NCBI GenBank assembly: GCA_025934255.1
Contig: JAICYJ010000001.1
Coordinates: forward strand, 44,425 to 108,424
Length of the DNA stretch: 64,000 bases
Direction of reading: 5' to 3'
Source: Thermoleophilia bacterium
GTDB taxonomy: Bacteria > Actinomycetota > Thermoleophilia > Gaiellales > JAICJC01
Of this stretch, positions 32,271-41,967 are shown one piece after another; position 1 is the stretch's first letter, and each line of letters starts with the position of its first letter. The position numbers and the translations under genes are program-made. The notes under the pieces are model-generated. The model had not been told where the DNA came from and made no database searches. It saw only the letters and a program-made list of their open reading frames with translations.

Positions 32271-33671
32271 CTAGCCCGGGATCGTCTGCTCCACGTGATC
32301 GCGGACGCGGCCGCTCTGATCGATGAACTGGTAGCTGATGCGGTCCCCGGCGATGCCGATGCGCAGGTAGCCGTAAGCGATCAGCGAGACGATTGCGTCC
32401 GGGGTGGCGAGCGTGTGGGCGGCGTCGCCGGGGCCTTCGCCGCCTGTTCCGATCGTGAACTGGAGCACCCCGGCGCGGACGTGCCGCTCGTAGCGGTGCA
32501 GGTGGGCGGCCAGGATCGCCGCCACGTGCCGCCCTCGCAGCAGCGGCATGATCGGGTTGTTCGCCGAGATGGGACGGTGGGTCAGGACGAACCGCACCGG
32601 ACACGGGCCGCTGCACCGGCCCAGCGTCTTGCGCGCGTAGGCAAGCGCGGAGGCATCGGCCTGGAGCCCCAGCACGACGACCTGCACCGGGCCGTACTGG
32701 ACGCTGTAGTGGTGGCCGGGGAGCTGCAGCGCCGAGATCACTGCGGCCCCGTCGCGGTAGGCCAGGTCGTGCTCGCCCAGCGCGACCACGGCCGGCGCCT
32801 CGGCCAGCAGCGCGTGCAGGGGCCGGAAGATGGCGCGGTCGAGGAAGGGCGGCGCCGCCACCAGGTAGGCGTTGTCGCCCGCCGACAGGAACAGCGCCGG
32901 GTGCTCGGCCGCCGCCAGCCGGGCGACGGCGTACTCGTGGGCGGTGCCGGATCCGTAGTCGCCGAAGGACACCAGCGTGATCGGCGTGGCGGTCGAGAGC
33001 GGGGCGGTGCTGAAGGCGCCGGCCGCGGCCGACTCGCCGCCGAGGTTCGCCGTCCACACGTAGCGGGTGGCCGGCCGAAGGCCGGTGACGCGTCCCCCGG
33101 GAGCGCTTGTGACGGTGCCGTCCGGCGCCCGCACGCTCAGGCTGAGAGATGCGTTGCCGGACTTCAGCTTCCAGGCGAAGTCGGCCTCGGTTGTGGTGAC
33201 GCGTGTCAGGAAGGGGCCGCGGGCGAAGACGCCTGACGGCGGCAGCAGCAGGTACGTGGATCCGTACCAGACCAGAGCGACCACGGCGATCAGCAGCAGC
33301 GCCGTGGTGATCACCAACGCGCCCACCACCCGCCGCGGCCCCTCGGCGCCGGGCCGCTCCGGCCGCGGGCCGCGGGCCTGGACGAGCGGGATCACCTGCA
33401 GCACGACGATCGCGATCGCCCCCAAAATCGGTCCCGCCGAGCCGCCGAAGGCCAGGAACGGGAACGGCGCCACGATCGTGAGCGCCGAGCAGGCCCACTC
33501 GACCCGCCGCCGCGGCCGCACCAGGTCGGCGCTGAGGCAGGCGATCGCCACGATCACGCCGATCAGCAGCGTCGGCACCGTGGCGACGTCGCGGACGATC
33601 GAGTCGGAGATGGTCGACGTGGCCGCCAGGGCGATGGCATCGACGATCAGGAGCAGGCGAAGGGCGCGCAT
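32271..33671 (-). CDS. Membrane-anchored metallophosphoesterase (purple-acid-phosphatase-like)
   Basis: ATG at 33671 (MRALRLLLIV...). Four to five TM segments, then a PAP N-terminal Ig-like region (TEADFAWKL...GLRPATRYVW). Contains the GDYG, GDNAY, GEHD and LTHRP/AHLHRYER phosphoesterase motifs. Confidence 0.8.
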   Translation of the reverse strand: MRALRLLLIVDAIALAATSTISDSIVRDVATVPTLLIGVIVAIACLSADLVRPRRRVEWACSALTIVAPFPFLAFGGSAGPILGAIAIVVLQVIPLVQARGPRPERPGAEGPRRVVGALVITTALLLIAVVALVWYGSTYLLLPPSGVFARGPFLTRVTTTEADFAWKLKSGNASLSLSVRAPDGTVTSAPGGRVTGLRPATRYVWTANLGGESAAAGAFSTAPLSTATPITLVSFGDYGSGTAHEYAVARLAAAEHPALFLSAGDNAYLVAAPPFLDRAIFRPLHALLAEAPAVVALGEHDLAYRDGAAVISALQLPGHHYSVQYGPVQVVVLGLQADASALAYARKTLGRCSGPCPVRFVLTHRPISANNPIMPLLRGRHVAAILAAHLHRYERHVRAGVLQFTIGTGGEGPGDAAHTLATPDAIVSLIAYGYLRIGIAGDRISYQFIDQSGRVRDHVEQTIPG

Positions 33672-33755
33672 TCCGTCAACGTAGCCTGTGCCGTCGCCGC
33701 CGGCGTGCGACGGCGCCTCTGTCGCGCGAGCTGGGGTTGGCGGTATGGTCTTGGC

Positions 33756-34490
33756 GTGATCGCGTTTGTGACCGGTGGGGGTCGTGGGATCGGGGCGAAC
33801 ATCGCCCGCACGCTGGCAGCGGACGGCTGGGAGGTCGTCGTCGCCGCGCGCACGCCGGGGCAGGTTGAGGCGGTCGCGGAGGAGATTGGCGGCCGTGCCA
33901 TCGCGCTCGATGTCTCCGATCGTGACGCGGTCGAGCGCGCGATTGCGGAGAACGGGCCGGTCGATCTGCTCGTTGCCAATGCGGGCGTTGCCCGCCGCGG
34001 CGGCGCGACGTGGGAGGTCGAACCGCAGGACTGGTGGCGGACGTTCGAGATCAACGTCCTGGGCGTGCACCTCTGTTGCCGGGCCGTGATCCCCGAGATG
34101 CTCGAGCGGGGGTCGGGCCGGATCGTGATCACCGGCAGCGGGGCCGCGTACCTGCCTCCGGGTGGCCCCTCGGAAACCGATTACCCGGCGAGCAAGGCGG
34201 CGGTCTGCCGCTACGGCGAGATGCTCGCCGCCGAGCTCGCCGGTCGCATTCCCGTGTTCTTCTTCAGCCCGGGGCTCGTCCGCACCGAGCTGACCTCAGA
34301 GGCGCCTGATGACGCGCCCTGGACGCCGCCGGAGCTGGCTCCGCGGCTGGTCGCGGCGCTCGCCACCGGGCGGTACGACGCGCTTGCGGGCCGCTACCTG
34401 CATGCGGAGCACGACGACCTCGACGACCTGCTCTCGCGCATCGACCAGGTGCGCGAACAGGACCTGAACGCCATCCGCCTGCGCCGCTAG
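33756..34490 (+). CDS. Short-chain dehydrogenase/reductase (SDR)
   Basis: The GTG at 33756 gives VIAFVTGGGRGIGANIA (TGxxxGIG). Also LVANAG and YPASKAA (YxxxK). The track start at 33705 adds an implausible Arg/Trp-rich leader. Confidence 0.85.
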   Translation: MIAFVTGGGRGIGANIARTLAADGWEVVVAARTPGQVEAVAEEIGGRAIALDVSDRDAVERAIAENGPVDLLVANAGVARRGGATWEVEPQDWWRTFEINVLGVHLCCRAVIPEMLERGSGRIVITGSGAAYLPPGGPSETDYPASKAAVCRYGEMLAAELAGRIPVFFFSPGLVRTELTSEAPDDAPWTPPELAPRLVAALATGRYDALAGRYLHAEHDDLDDLLSRIDQVREQDLNAIRLRR

Positions 34491-35149
34491 CCGCCGGGTG
34501 CGACCAGGCCGGACTCGTAGGCGTAGATCACCGCCTGCACGCGGTCGCGCAGGCCCAGCTTCTGCAGGATGTGTGCGACGTGGGTCTTTGCGGTGGCCTC
34601 GCTGATCACGAGCTGCTCGCAGATCTCCGGGTTGGAGAGGCCGCGCACGAGCAGCGCCAGCACCTCCTGCTCGCGCGGCGTCAGCTCGGCCACCGCCGCC
34701 GGCGGCTCGATCTCAGTGGGCGGCCCGGGCTGGCGCGCGAACTCCTCGATCACGGCGCGGGTGACGGCCGGGGCCAGCAGCGCGTCGCCGCTTGCGACGA
34801 TGCGGACGGCAGCCGCGATCTCCTCGGGCCGCGCGTCCTTCAGCATGAAGCCGCTGGCGCCGGCGCGAAGCGCGTCGTAGACGTAGCCGTCCAGCCCGAA
34901 GGTGGTCAGGATCATCACCCGCGTGCCGTGGCCGGCGCGCATGATCCGGCGGGTGGCCTCGATCCCGTCCAGCACGGGCATGCGCACGTCCATCAGCACC
35001 ACCTCCGGCCGCAGCCGGAGGGCCTCCGCGACCGCCCCGGAGCCGTCGCCGGCCTCGCCGATCACGGTCATGTCCGGCTCGCCGTCGAGGATCTTGCGCA
35101 GGCCGACGCGCACGAGCTCCTGGTCGTCGACGATCAGGAGCGTGGTCAT
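34487..35149 (-). CDS. NarL/LuxR-family response regulator
   Basis: Contains LIVDDQELVR, VVLMDVRMPVLDG and LTPREQEVL...SNPEIC...TAKTHV. Confidence 0.92.
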   Translation of the reverse strand: MTTLLIVDDQELVRVGLRKILDGEPDMTVIGEAGDGSGAVAEALRLRPEVVLMDVRMPVLDGIEATRRIMRAGHGTRVMILTTFGLDGYVYDALRAGASGFMLKDARPEEIAAAVRIVASGDALLAPAVTRAVIEEFARQPGPPTEIEPPAAVAELTPREQEVLALLVRGLSNPEICEQLVISEATAKTHVAHILQKLGLRDRVQAVIYAYESGLVAPGG

Positions 35150-36270
35150 GTCACCGGCAGGGTGACGTGCACGACGAACCCGCCGCTGGGCCCGCGCGCG
35201 GCGTCGAGCCTGCCACCGTAGAGGGCGACCCGCTCGCGCATCCCGGCCAGGCCGTGGCCGCCGGGGCGCGCCGCCGGCGACTCCCGTCCGTCGTCCGCCA
35301 CCTCGATCTCGAGCGCCTCCGGCCGGTAGCGGATGCTGACGTGGGCGTTGGCGTCGCCGGCGTGCCTGAGTGCGTTCGTCAGCGCTTCCTGCACGATCCG
35401 ATACGCCGAGAGCTCGATGCCGGCGGGCAGCTCGCGCTGCTCGCCGTCGATCACGAGATCGACCGGGAGCCCGGCCGCCCGCACCTGGCTGATCAGCGAC
35501 GGCACGTCCCCGATCCGCGGCTGCGGCGCCAGCGGCTGGTCGTCTCCGCTGCGCAGCATCCCCAGCAAGCGGCGGGTCTCGGTCAGCGCGCTTCGGCCGG
35601 ATCGCTCGATCGTCTCCAGCACCTCGCCGGCCGAAGAGTCCGACCGCTCCAGCACCCTCCGCTCGGCGCCCGCCTGCAGCACGATCATCGAGACGTGGTG
35701 GGCGATCACATCGTGGAGCTCGCGTGCGATCCGGGCCCGCTCCTCGACAACCGCCTCACGGCTGGCCAGGTCACGCTCACGCTCGGCGATCTGGGCGCGC
35801 TGCTCGCGGTCGCCGACCACCCGGTTCACGAGCAGGATCACCACCGTCGAGACGACGACGAACTGGACGCTGCTCTTGAAGGTGACCGGGCCGACCGCTG
35901 AGACGAGGCCGCCGATGGCAATCACGGTGAGCCCGATCGCGAACGGCCGCGGCGGCGACCAGACCGCGAACCCGTACATGCAGCAGATCCAGGCCAGGCC
36001 GTAGCTGAGCAGGGAGGGCGGGCCCCAGACGCCGGCGACCACGTCCCCAAGCAGGCCGGCGCCGACCCCGACCGCCACCGGGTGCAGCCGGCGCACCGCC
36101 ACCGTCAGGGTGACCAGCGGCCCCAGCAGCGCCACCACCCACTGGTGAGGCACCGGGCCGGCCACCCACACCTCGGTCTCCAGCATCACGGTCAGCAGCA
36201 CCGCCACCACACGGTCGAGGTTGATCGGGTCGATCCGGATCCGTCCGATGCCCAGCGTGCGCTCGCTCAC
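35146..36270 (-). CDS. Sensor histidine kinase, NarL/DesK type
   Basis: Four to five TM segments. RIARELHDVIAHHVS H-box, QEALTNALRHAG and GHGLAGMRERV. ATGA overlap with the response regulator gene. Confidence 0.88.
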   Translation of the reverse strand: MSERTLGIGRIRIDPINLDRVVAVLLTVMLETEVWVAGPVPHQWVVALLGPLVTLTVAVRRLHPVAVGVGAGLLGDVVAGVWGPPSLLSYGLAWICCMYGFAVWSPPRPFAIGLTVIAIGGLVSAVGPVTFKSSVQFVVVSTVVILLVNRVVGDREQRAQIAERERDLASREAVVEERARIARELHDVIAHHVSMIVLQAGAERRVLERSDSSAGEVLETIERSGRSALTETRRLLGMLRSGDDQPLAPQPRIGDVPSLISQVRAAGLPVDLVIDGEQRELPAGIELSAYRIVQEALTNALRHAGDANAHVSIRYRPEALEIEVADDGRESPAARPGGHGLAGMRERVALYGGRLDAARGPSGGFVVHVTLPVT

Positions 36271-36436
36271 CGCTCCAAGATAGACCCTGCCGGAGGCGCT
36301 GTCATCGGCCGATCGGCTGATCGCAGCCGGTCACGATTTCAACCGATCGGGCGATCGCAAGATCGGGCGACGGGGCGATGATCCGCCGCCGCTGCGTGGG
36401 TAGCTTGGTCGGGTCAACGAACGAGGAGGTTGTCCG

Positions 36437-36916
36437 ATGAAGACGCTCAACCGCAGCCTGGGGCGCGTGCTGATGACCGCGATGGTGGCAGGCCTGGTGG
36501 CGGCCGCGATCGGCGGGGTCTCTCTGGCCCGGGCCGGCTCAGGAGACAGGACGATGACGCTGACCGAGGTGGAGACCGGCGCCCAGTTCGTGAACATCAC
36601 GAACACTCCGCAGGGCGGTCCTGGAGATCAGATCGTCCTGCACCGGATCGTGAAGAACGCCGCCGGAGACCGCGTCGGCGCGCTGAACGTCGTCTGCGAG
36701 GTGGTGCTCGGCCACAAGCTGCTGTGCAACGGCATCTACCGCCTGCCCGGCGGCACCATCACCGGGACGGCGCAGGACGTCCAGAGCGAGAGCAGCACCG
36801 CGCCCGTGCACATCGCCATCACCGGCGGCACCGGCCGCTACGACAACGCCAGCGGGCAGATCACCTCGACGCCCACCGGTGAGACCACCACCCAGTCGGT
36901 CGTCGACCTCGACTGA
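36437..36916 (+). CDS. Secreted small beta-rich protein of unknown function (allene-oxide-cyclase/dirigent-like barrel is possible)
   Basis: Signal peptide: LMTAMVAGLVAAAIGGVSLARA. ITGGTGRYDNASGQI resembles the GGTG.Y motif of dirigent-like barrels. GAGG lies upstream of the ATG. Confidence 0.6.
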   Translation: MKTLNRSLGRVLMTAMVAGLVAAAIGGVSLARAGSGDRTMTLTEVETGAQFVNITNTPQGGPGDQIVLHRIVKNAAGDRVGALNVVCEVVLGHKLLCNGIYRLPGGTITGTAQDVQSESSTAPVHIAITGGTGRYDNASGQITSTPTGETTTQSVVDLD

Positions 36917-36928
36917 CGCCGGAGCAGG

Positions 36929-36974
36929 CTGCCTGCGCTCGCCGCTTCGTCACCGGGGCGGCCGGCGCAGGCAG
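36929..36974. terminator. Hairpin between convergent genes
   Basis: CTGCCTGCGC ... GCGCAGGCAG forms a 10-bp stem with an inner CCGC/GCGG pairing. It lies between the stops at 36916 (+) and 37038 (-). Confidence 0.3.
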
Positions 36975-37037
36975 CGGCGTGGTTCTGGATGTCGCTTGCC
37001 GCGCACAGAATCACTGATCGGCCGATTGTTGCCCGGG

Positions 37038-38324
37038 TTATGCGCCGGTAAGGAACTGTGAGTAACCGTCCTCCCAAAGCGTCTGTCCTTTGGTGGTCAG
37101 CGTCATCTCCTGGAGCGACCTGGGGCCGAGGTCTTCGGGTGTGACGACTGCGGTGGAGAGGATCTCGGGGATCATGCCCTTCGCGACCAGAACGTTCGGC
37201 TCGATCTCGTTCAGGGGCGGCTGGAATCCGGTGAACTGCGTGAAATTCTGATAACCGTTCCCATTTTCCAGGATGAAATTCAGGAACAGGTGCGCCAGCA
37301 CCGGCTTTTTGGTCGTCGAGCAGACGCACCAGGTGTCGTTCTGCACGGGGCCCTTGCCTGTCGGCGCGTGCCAGTAGCGCAACGCCCGCTTGTCCTCCTT
37401 CGTGGGGGCGTAGAACAGGTAGCCCTCGATCGGGTCCGCCGACCAGCCCTGGTTCAGCCACGCCTTGTCCTCGGCGATATTCGTGTACTGAAGGTCTCCT
37501 ACCTTGACGTGGCAGATGGAGTTGAGCGCTTCCAGGTCGGCCACAGCGCGGTTGATCAGCTGCGGATCCTCGGTGTTGATGTCGAGGACGCCGCGATGCA
37601 GGAGCGCCAGTGCGATCGACTCGCGGATCTCCGAGAGGATTGCGGTCTTGCCGGTGTAGGCGTGGGCGTGCCAGAAGATGTCCCAGGGGTTCGTCATCGA
37701 CGGGATGTCCTCGGCCACGCGGTCGGCGCGCCAGTAGATACCCGTCGTGTACACCGTGTAAGGCACGGTGTAGCGCGAGCCCACGTCGTAGAACGGATCG
37801 GCAAGCTGAGACCAGACGTTCTGCTTCAGGTTGGGGATGTAATCGAGGTTGAGAGGTTTGACCAGCTTGCCGGCGACGACACGGTCGAGGTTGTCGGGGG
37901 TCATCTCCGTCACGTCCGGTGCCACGGCCCCGGAGGCCAGGCGGGTGATTCCCGTGTTGATGTCGTCGTAGGGTGTGACGAGCACCTTGACTCCGTACTG
38001 CTTCCCGAACGCCTTGAGCAGTGCTGGATCGATGTAGTCGGGGTAGTTGAAGACGTTGAACGTGCCGCCGGTCTCAGGCTTCATGCCGGACGGGATCGGA
38101 TCCTCGTAGCGCGGCAGCGTGACGCGGCGGTCCGGCCTGGCGAGGGGCAGGCCCCCGGGGCCCAGCAGCTGTCCCTGTGCATTCGTCGAGACGGCACCCG
38201 CGTTGGTGTTGCTGCTGCACGCGGCCAGCACCCCGCTGAGACCGGACAGGGCCGCGGCCGCCCCGCCCGACCGGATCAGGAACTCGCGTCGGTTCGCTCG
38301 GAGACGGCATTCTTTCGGGTGCAT
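37038..38324 (-). CDS. ABC-transporter extracellular solute-binding lipoprotein (PotD/PotF-like family 1 SBP) with no adjacent permease or ATPase
   Basis: Tat-like signal NRREFLIRSGGAAAALSGLSGVLAAC with a lipobox. 428 aa. The codon usage is visibly more A/T-rich than that of its neighbours. Confidence 0.85.
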   Translation of the reverse strand: MHPKECRLRANRREFLIRSGGAAAALSGLSGVLAACSSNTNAGAVSTNAQGQLLGPGGLPLARPDRRVTLPRYEDPIPSGMKPETGGTFNVFNYPDYIDPALLKAFGKQYGVKVLVTPYDDINTGITRLASGAVAPDVTEMTPDNLDRVVAGKLVKPLNLDYIPNLKQNVWSQLADPFYDVGSRYTVPYTVYTTGIYWRADRVAEDIPSMTNPWDIFWHAHAYTGKTAILSEIRESIALALLHRGVLDINTEDPQLINRAVADLEALNSICHVKVGDLQYTNIAEDKAWLNQGWSADPIEGYLFYAPTKEDKRALRYWHAPTGKGPVQNDTWCVCSTTKKPVLAHLFLNFILENGNGYQNFTQFTGFQPPLNEIEPNVLVAKGMIPEILSTAVVTPEDLGPRSLQEMTLTTKGQTLWEDGYSQFLTGA

Positions 38325-38354
38325 CTCGGCCTTCCTTCCGTTCGTTGCCGTCGG

Positions 38355-38693
38355 TCAGCGGCCCCCGAGCGCGTGCGCCTGGGAGATCCGCTCGTAGTTT
38401 CGGGCGCGGTAGCTCTCGATCCGCGGCCAGTACTGTTGGTAGCCAGCGTCCTGGATGCGCCGCATCGCCTCCGGCCACTCCGTGTACGAGCCGATCGCAC
38501 CCTGCTCGCGGCTGGCGATGTCGTAGATCGACAGGTAGCGCGGCTCTCCGTCGAGGCACCGGTACCGGGTCGCGCGCACCCATCCTGGCTGCTGGACGAC
38601 TTCGATGATGTGCTGCTCGTACCACGCGTTAAAGCCGTCCTCGACGGCACGGTCCACATCCGTCGTCACCACACAGATCAAGTCACTCTCCAC
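38355..38693 (-). CDS. Small cytoplasmic protein, dimeric alpha/beta-barrel-like (DUF4286/EthD-like); function unknown
   Basis: 112 aa. GTG start at 38693, 4 nt after GGAGG. There is no signal peptide or TM segment. The fold assignment is tentative. Confidence 0.6.
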   Translation of the reverse strand: MESDLICVVTTDVDRAVEDGFNAWYEQHIIEVVQQPGWVRATRYRCLDGEPRYLSIYDIASREQGAIGSYTEWPEAMRRIQDAGYQQYWPRIESYRARNYERISQAHALGGR

Positions 38694-38708
38694 GCCGCCT
38701 CCCTGTAG

Positions 38709-38726
38709 ACAATAATGTGATATTGT
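38709..38726. promoter_or_regulatory. AT-rich inverted repeat ACAATA-N6-TATTGT in the divergent promoter region (candidate TetR operator overlapping a -10 element)
   Basis: tgtagACAATAatgtgaTATTGTtacagcATG. It is the only AT-rich stretch for kilobases. TGaTATTGT resembles an extended -10 that ends 6 nt before the ATG at 38733. Confidence 0.4.
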
Positions 38727-38732
38727 TACAGC

Positions 38733-39236
38733 ATGCCCAAGGCGACGTCAAGCGACCCGAGATGGGATGGCGCCGAGCGGTGGGGACACGGGCGCGACTA
38801 CCGCGAGTTCCACCTCGGCGACATCCACACCCACCACTGGGGGCGCACGATCACCGAGGCGGACGCGATCCTGTTCGCGACCCAGACGCTGGCGCACAAC
38901 CCGCTGTACCTCAACCGGGAGTACGCACGGGCGAATGGCCATCCGGACATGGTCGTCAGCCCCTACCTTGTCCTCGCAGTCGTCGTCGGCTTGAGTGTCG
39001 AAGACCTGAGCGAGCGCAGCGAGGCCTTCCTCGGCATGCGTGCCGTGGATTTCCGCGAGCCCGTGTACCCCGGCGACACGCTCTCGGCAACGAGCCGGGT
39101 GGTCTCGGTGCGCGGCTCCGCGTCGCGTCCTGACAACGGGATCGTCACCTGGTCGACGACCAGCACGAACCAGCACGGGCGGACGGTGCTCGAGCTCGAA
39201 CGGTCGAACCTGTTTCGCATTCGTGATGCTAACTGA
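38733..39236 (+). CDS. MaoC-like (hot-dog) dehydratase/hydratase, subunit 1
   Basis: 167 aa. Contains ITEADAILFATQTLAHNPLYLNREYA and PVYPGDTL, which is the MaoC_dehydratas pattern. Confidence 0.85.
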   Translation: MPKATSSDPRWDGAERWGHGRDYREFHLGDIHTHHWGRTITEADAILFATQTLAHNPLYLNREYARANGHPDMVVSPYLVLAVVVGLSVEDLSERSEAFLGMRAVDFREPVYPGDTLSATSRVVSVRGSASRPDNGIVTWSTTSTNQHGRTVLELERSNLFRIRDAN

Positions 39237-40371
39237 CGCCCAGGTGGAGCTTCGGCGCGCCGCCGCCCGCTTCGCCCGGGAGCGCGTGCTCCCCGTCGCG
39301 AACCGCCTGGATCCCGAGCGTGCCGAGATCCCCGACGAGCTGCTCGCGGCCCTCGCCGCCGAGGGGTGGTTCGGCATCATGATCTCCGCCGAGCACGGCG
39401 GCCTCGGGCTCGGCGTCCTCGAGTACTCCCTGGTCTCCGAAGCGCTTGCCGAGGCCTGGTTGAGCGTGGCAAGCGTGATCGGCTACACCAACGGCTCGAC
39501 GGCCGTCATCGACCCGCCTAGCCATCGTGACCTCGTGCGCCGAATGGCCGGCGGCGAGTTCATCCCTGCGTTCTCACTCACCGAGCCGGATGCGGGAAGT
39601 GACGCCGCGGGTATCACCTGTCGAGCGGATCGCGTGGAGGACGGGTGGCGGATCAGCGGGCGCAAGCGGTGGTGTGGCTTTGCCCGAAGCGCAGACGCGA
39701 TCATCCTCTACGCCCGGACCGATCCGCCCAGCGCTGACTCGCGAAGTGCCGGGATCTCGGCCTTCCTGGTACCGAAGGAGCGAAACAGCTTCCCACCCGG
39801 CCTGACCGGGCGGGCGATTCCCAAGATCGGTTACTTCGGCATCACCAGCTGGGAGCTGGACTTCGACGGCCTGATGCTGCCGGCGGAGGCGTTGCTCGGC
39901 GACGAGGGGCGCGCCTTTTCGGTCGGCATGCGTGAGCTGACGACGGCCCGCGTCCAGACCGCGGCCCGTGCCGTCGGCTGCGCCCAGGCCGCGCTCGACG
40001 CAGCGGTGTCCTACGCTGCCGGCCGCCGCCAGTTCGGCCGGACGCTCACCGAGTTCCAGGCGGTCCGGTTCCGCATGGCCGAGATGGCGACCCAGGTTGC
40101 CGCAGCCCGCAGCCTGACCCACCACGCAGCCGCACGACTCGATTCCGGTGAGACCGCTGTCGCCGAGGCTGCCATGGCCACGCTGTTTGCCAGTGAGATG
40201 GCCGAGTGGGTAACCAGCGAGGCGCTCCAGATCCACGGCGGGAACGGCTACACCACCGAGCACCCGGTGGAGCGGTACTGGCGGGATGCGCGGCTGACTC
40301 GGATCATCGAGGGCACCTCCGAGATCCAGAAGCACATCATTTCGCGGCAGCTGCTACGGGCCGGCACATGA
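39226..40371 (+). CDS. Acyl-CoA dehydrogenase
   Basis: ATG at 39226 (MLTDAQVELRRAAARFARE). Contains FSLTEPDAGSDA, QIHGGNGYTTEHPVERYWRDARLTRIIEGTSEIQ. Confidence 0.92.
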   Translation: MLTDAQVELRRAAARFARERVLPVANRLDPERAEIPDELLAALAAEGWFGIMISAEHGGLGLGVLEYSLVSEALAEAWLSVASVIGYTNGSTAVIDPPSHRDLVRRMAGGEFIPAFSLTEPDAGSDAAGITCRADRVEDGWRISGRKRWCGFARSADAIILYARTDPPSADSRSAGISAFLVPKERNSFPPGLTGRAIPKIGYFGITSWELDFDGLMLPAEALLGDEGRAFSVGMRELTTARVQTAARAVGCAQAALDAAVSYAAGRRQFGRTLTEFQAVRFRMAEMATQVAAARSLTHHAAARLDSGETAVAEAAMATLFASEMAEWVTSEALQIHGGNGYTTEHPVERYWRDARLTRIIEGTSEIQKHIISRQLLRAGT

Positions 40372-40808
40372 CTCCGGCGGCGCGCGGCACCTTCTACGAG
40401 GACTATGTGGTGGACGACGTCGTGCGCCACGCCCGGGGCCGGACGATCACCGAGTTCGACGTGGCCGGCCTGGCGTTGCTCGCCCTGAACACCTCCGACG
40501 GGCACTTCAACGACGACGCCATGCGGGACACCGGCGCCGGCCGGTCGGTCGCCTTTGGCTGCGTCACGCTGGCAGTTGCCGCCGGGCTGGTCATGCAGGA
40601 CACCGGGGAGCGCGCTGCGGCCGAGCTGGAGCTGGAGGATGTCCGCTTCCTCACGCCGGTGGTTACCGGAGACACCCTCTATGCGATGAGCCACGTGGCT
40701 GCGAAGGAGGGCGGCGTCGTGACCTTCGATCATTGCTGCATGAACGACCGCGACCAGGTCGTCCTCACGATGCGACGCAGAGTGCAGATCGCGAGCCGCG
40801 ATGACTGA
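40368..40808 (+). CDS. MaoC-like (hot-dog) protein, subunit 2
   Basis: ATG at 40368 (ATGA overlap with the dehydrogenase stop). 146 aa. Contains RTITEFDVAGLALLALNTSDGHFN and TPVVTGDTLY. Confidence 0.8.
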   Translation: MTPAARGTFYEDYVVDDVVRHARGRTITEFDVAGLALLALNTSDGHFNDDAMRDTGAGRSVAFGCVTLAVAAGLVMQDTGERAAAELELEDVRFLTPVVTGDTLYAMSHVAAKEGGVVTFDHCCMNDRDQVVLTMRRRVQIASRDD

Positions 40809-41967
40809 AGGGCCGCTCGCCGGCATGCGTGTAGTCGACCTGACCTGGATGCTGGCCGGGCCCTACGCCACCATGCTGCTCGCGGATCTGGGTGCCGACG
40901 TGGTAAAGGTCGAGCCCCCGTGCGGCGATCCGATGCGCGCCGTCGGGCCGTTTCTCGACGACGACAAGGACCACGCCTTCGGAGGCTACTTCCAGAGCAT
41001 CAACCGGAACAAGCGCAGCGTCGTGCTCGACTTGAAGACCGACGACGGCCGGGAGCGGCTGCTGGAACTGGTCGACGGCGCCGACGTGCTCGTCGAGAAC
41101 TTCAGGGCCGAGGTGATGGGCCGCCTCGGCCTCGGGTACGAGGTGCTCGCCGGCAGGGCGCCTCGCCTGGTCTATGCGGCGATCCGCGGGTTCGGGGATC
41201 CGCGCTCCGGCGAGGGGCCGAGGTCGAACCAACCCGCCGTGGACGTGACGATCCAGGCGCTGGGCGGCCTGATGGGGATCACCGGCTCGGCGCCGGGTCA
41301 GCCGCTGAAGGCGGGGCCCGGTGTCGGCGATCTGTTCCCCGCCGTGCTGTGCGCTGTCGGCGTGGTGGCTGCTTGGCGCGAGGCTGAGCGATCCGGCCAG
41401 GGCCAGTTCGTGGACGTCGGGATGTACGACGCGATGCTCTCGTTGTGCGAGCGGATCGTCTACCAGTACTCCTACACGGGAGTGGTGCCCGGGCCGCAGG
41501 GAAACACGCATCCGATCTTCTGTCCGTTTGACGTCTTCCCGTCCGCCGACGGGCACATCGCCATCTGCGCGTCCGAGGACCACCAGTGGAGGATGCTGGC
41601 CGGCGCGATCGGGAGGCCGGAGCTCGGCGGAGACGACCGGTATGCCAGTGTGGAGAGGCGAAGGGTGAATGCGGCTGACGTGCGGCGCGTCGTCTCTGAG
41701 TGGACGCAGAGCCGCACGGCGCGTGAGATCACCGAGGTCCTGGGTGCGCGAATACCGGTCGGCAAGGTGCAGACGGTCGAGGAGATCTTCGACGACCCGC
41801 ACGTTCGCGCTCGTGAGATGTTGGTCGAGGTGGAGCATCCCGGCACCGGCCAGGCGGTCACGGTGGCCGGAGTGCCGATCAAGCTCTCGCGCACCCCCGG
41901 CGGTGTCCGCACCCGTGCTCCGCTGCTGGGGGAGCATCAGGCCCTGCTCAAGGGAGTGCGGACGTGA
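40801..41967 (+). CDS. Family III CoA-transferase (CaiB/BaiF/Frc type)
   Basis: Contains LAGMRVVDLTWMLAGPYATMLLADLGADVVKVEPP and ADVLVENFR. The active-site Asp region (VDVTIQALGG) is present. Confidence 0.92.
   Translation: MTEGPLAGMRVVDLTWMLAGPYATMLLADLGADVVKVEPPCGDPMRAVGPFLDDDKDHAFGGYFQSINRNKRSVVLDLKTDDGRERLLELVDGADVLVENFRAEVMGRLGLGYEVLAGRAPRLVYAAIRGFGDPRSGEGPRSNQPAVDVTIQALGGLMGITGSAPGQPLKAGPGVGDLFPAVLCAVGVVAAWREAERSGQGQFVDVGMYDAMLSLCERIVYQYSYTGVVPGPQGNTHPIFCPFDVFPSADGHIAICASEDHQWRMLAGAIGRPELGGDDRYASVERRRVNAADVRRVVSEWTQSRTAREITEVLGARIPVGKVQTVEEIFDDPHVRAREMLVEVEHPGTGQAVTVAGVPIKLSRTPGGVRTRAPLLGEHQALLKGVRT

Noticed and set aside
37038-38324. The lower-GC solute-binding protein gene, considered as a horizontally acquired island
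   Set aside because: This is a single gene with no flanking repeats, integrase or tRNA. The compositional shift is modest and I could not quantify it here. I note it only as context for the adjacent CoA operon.
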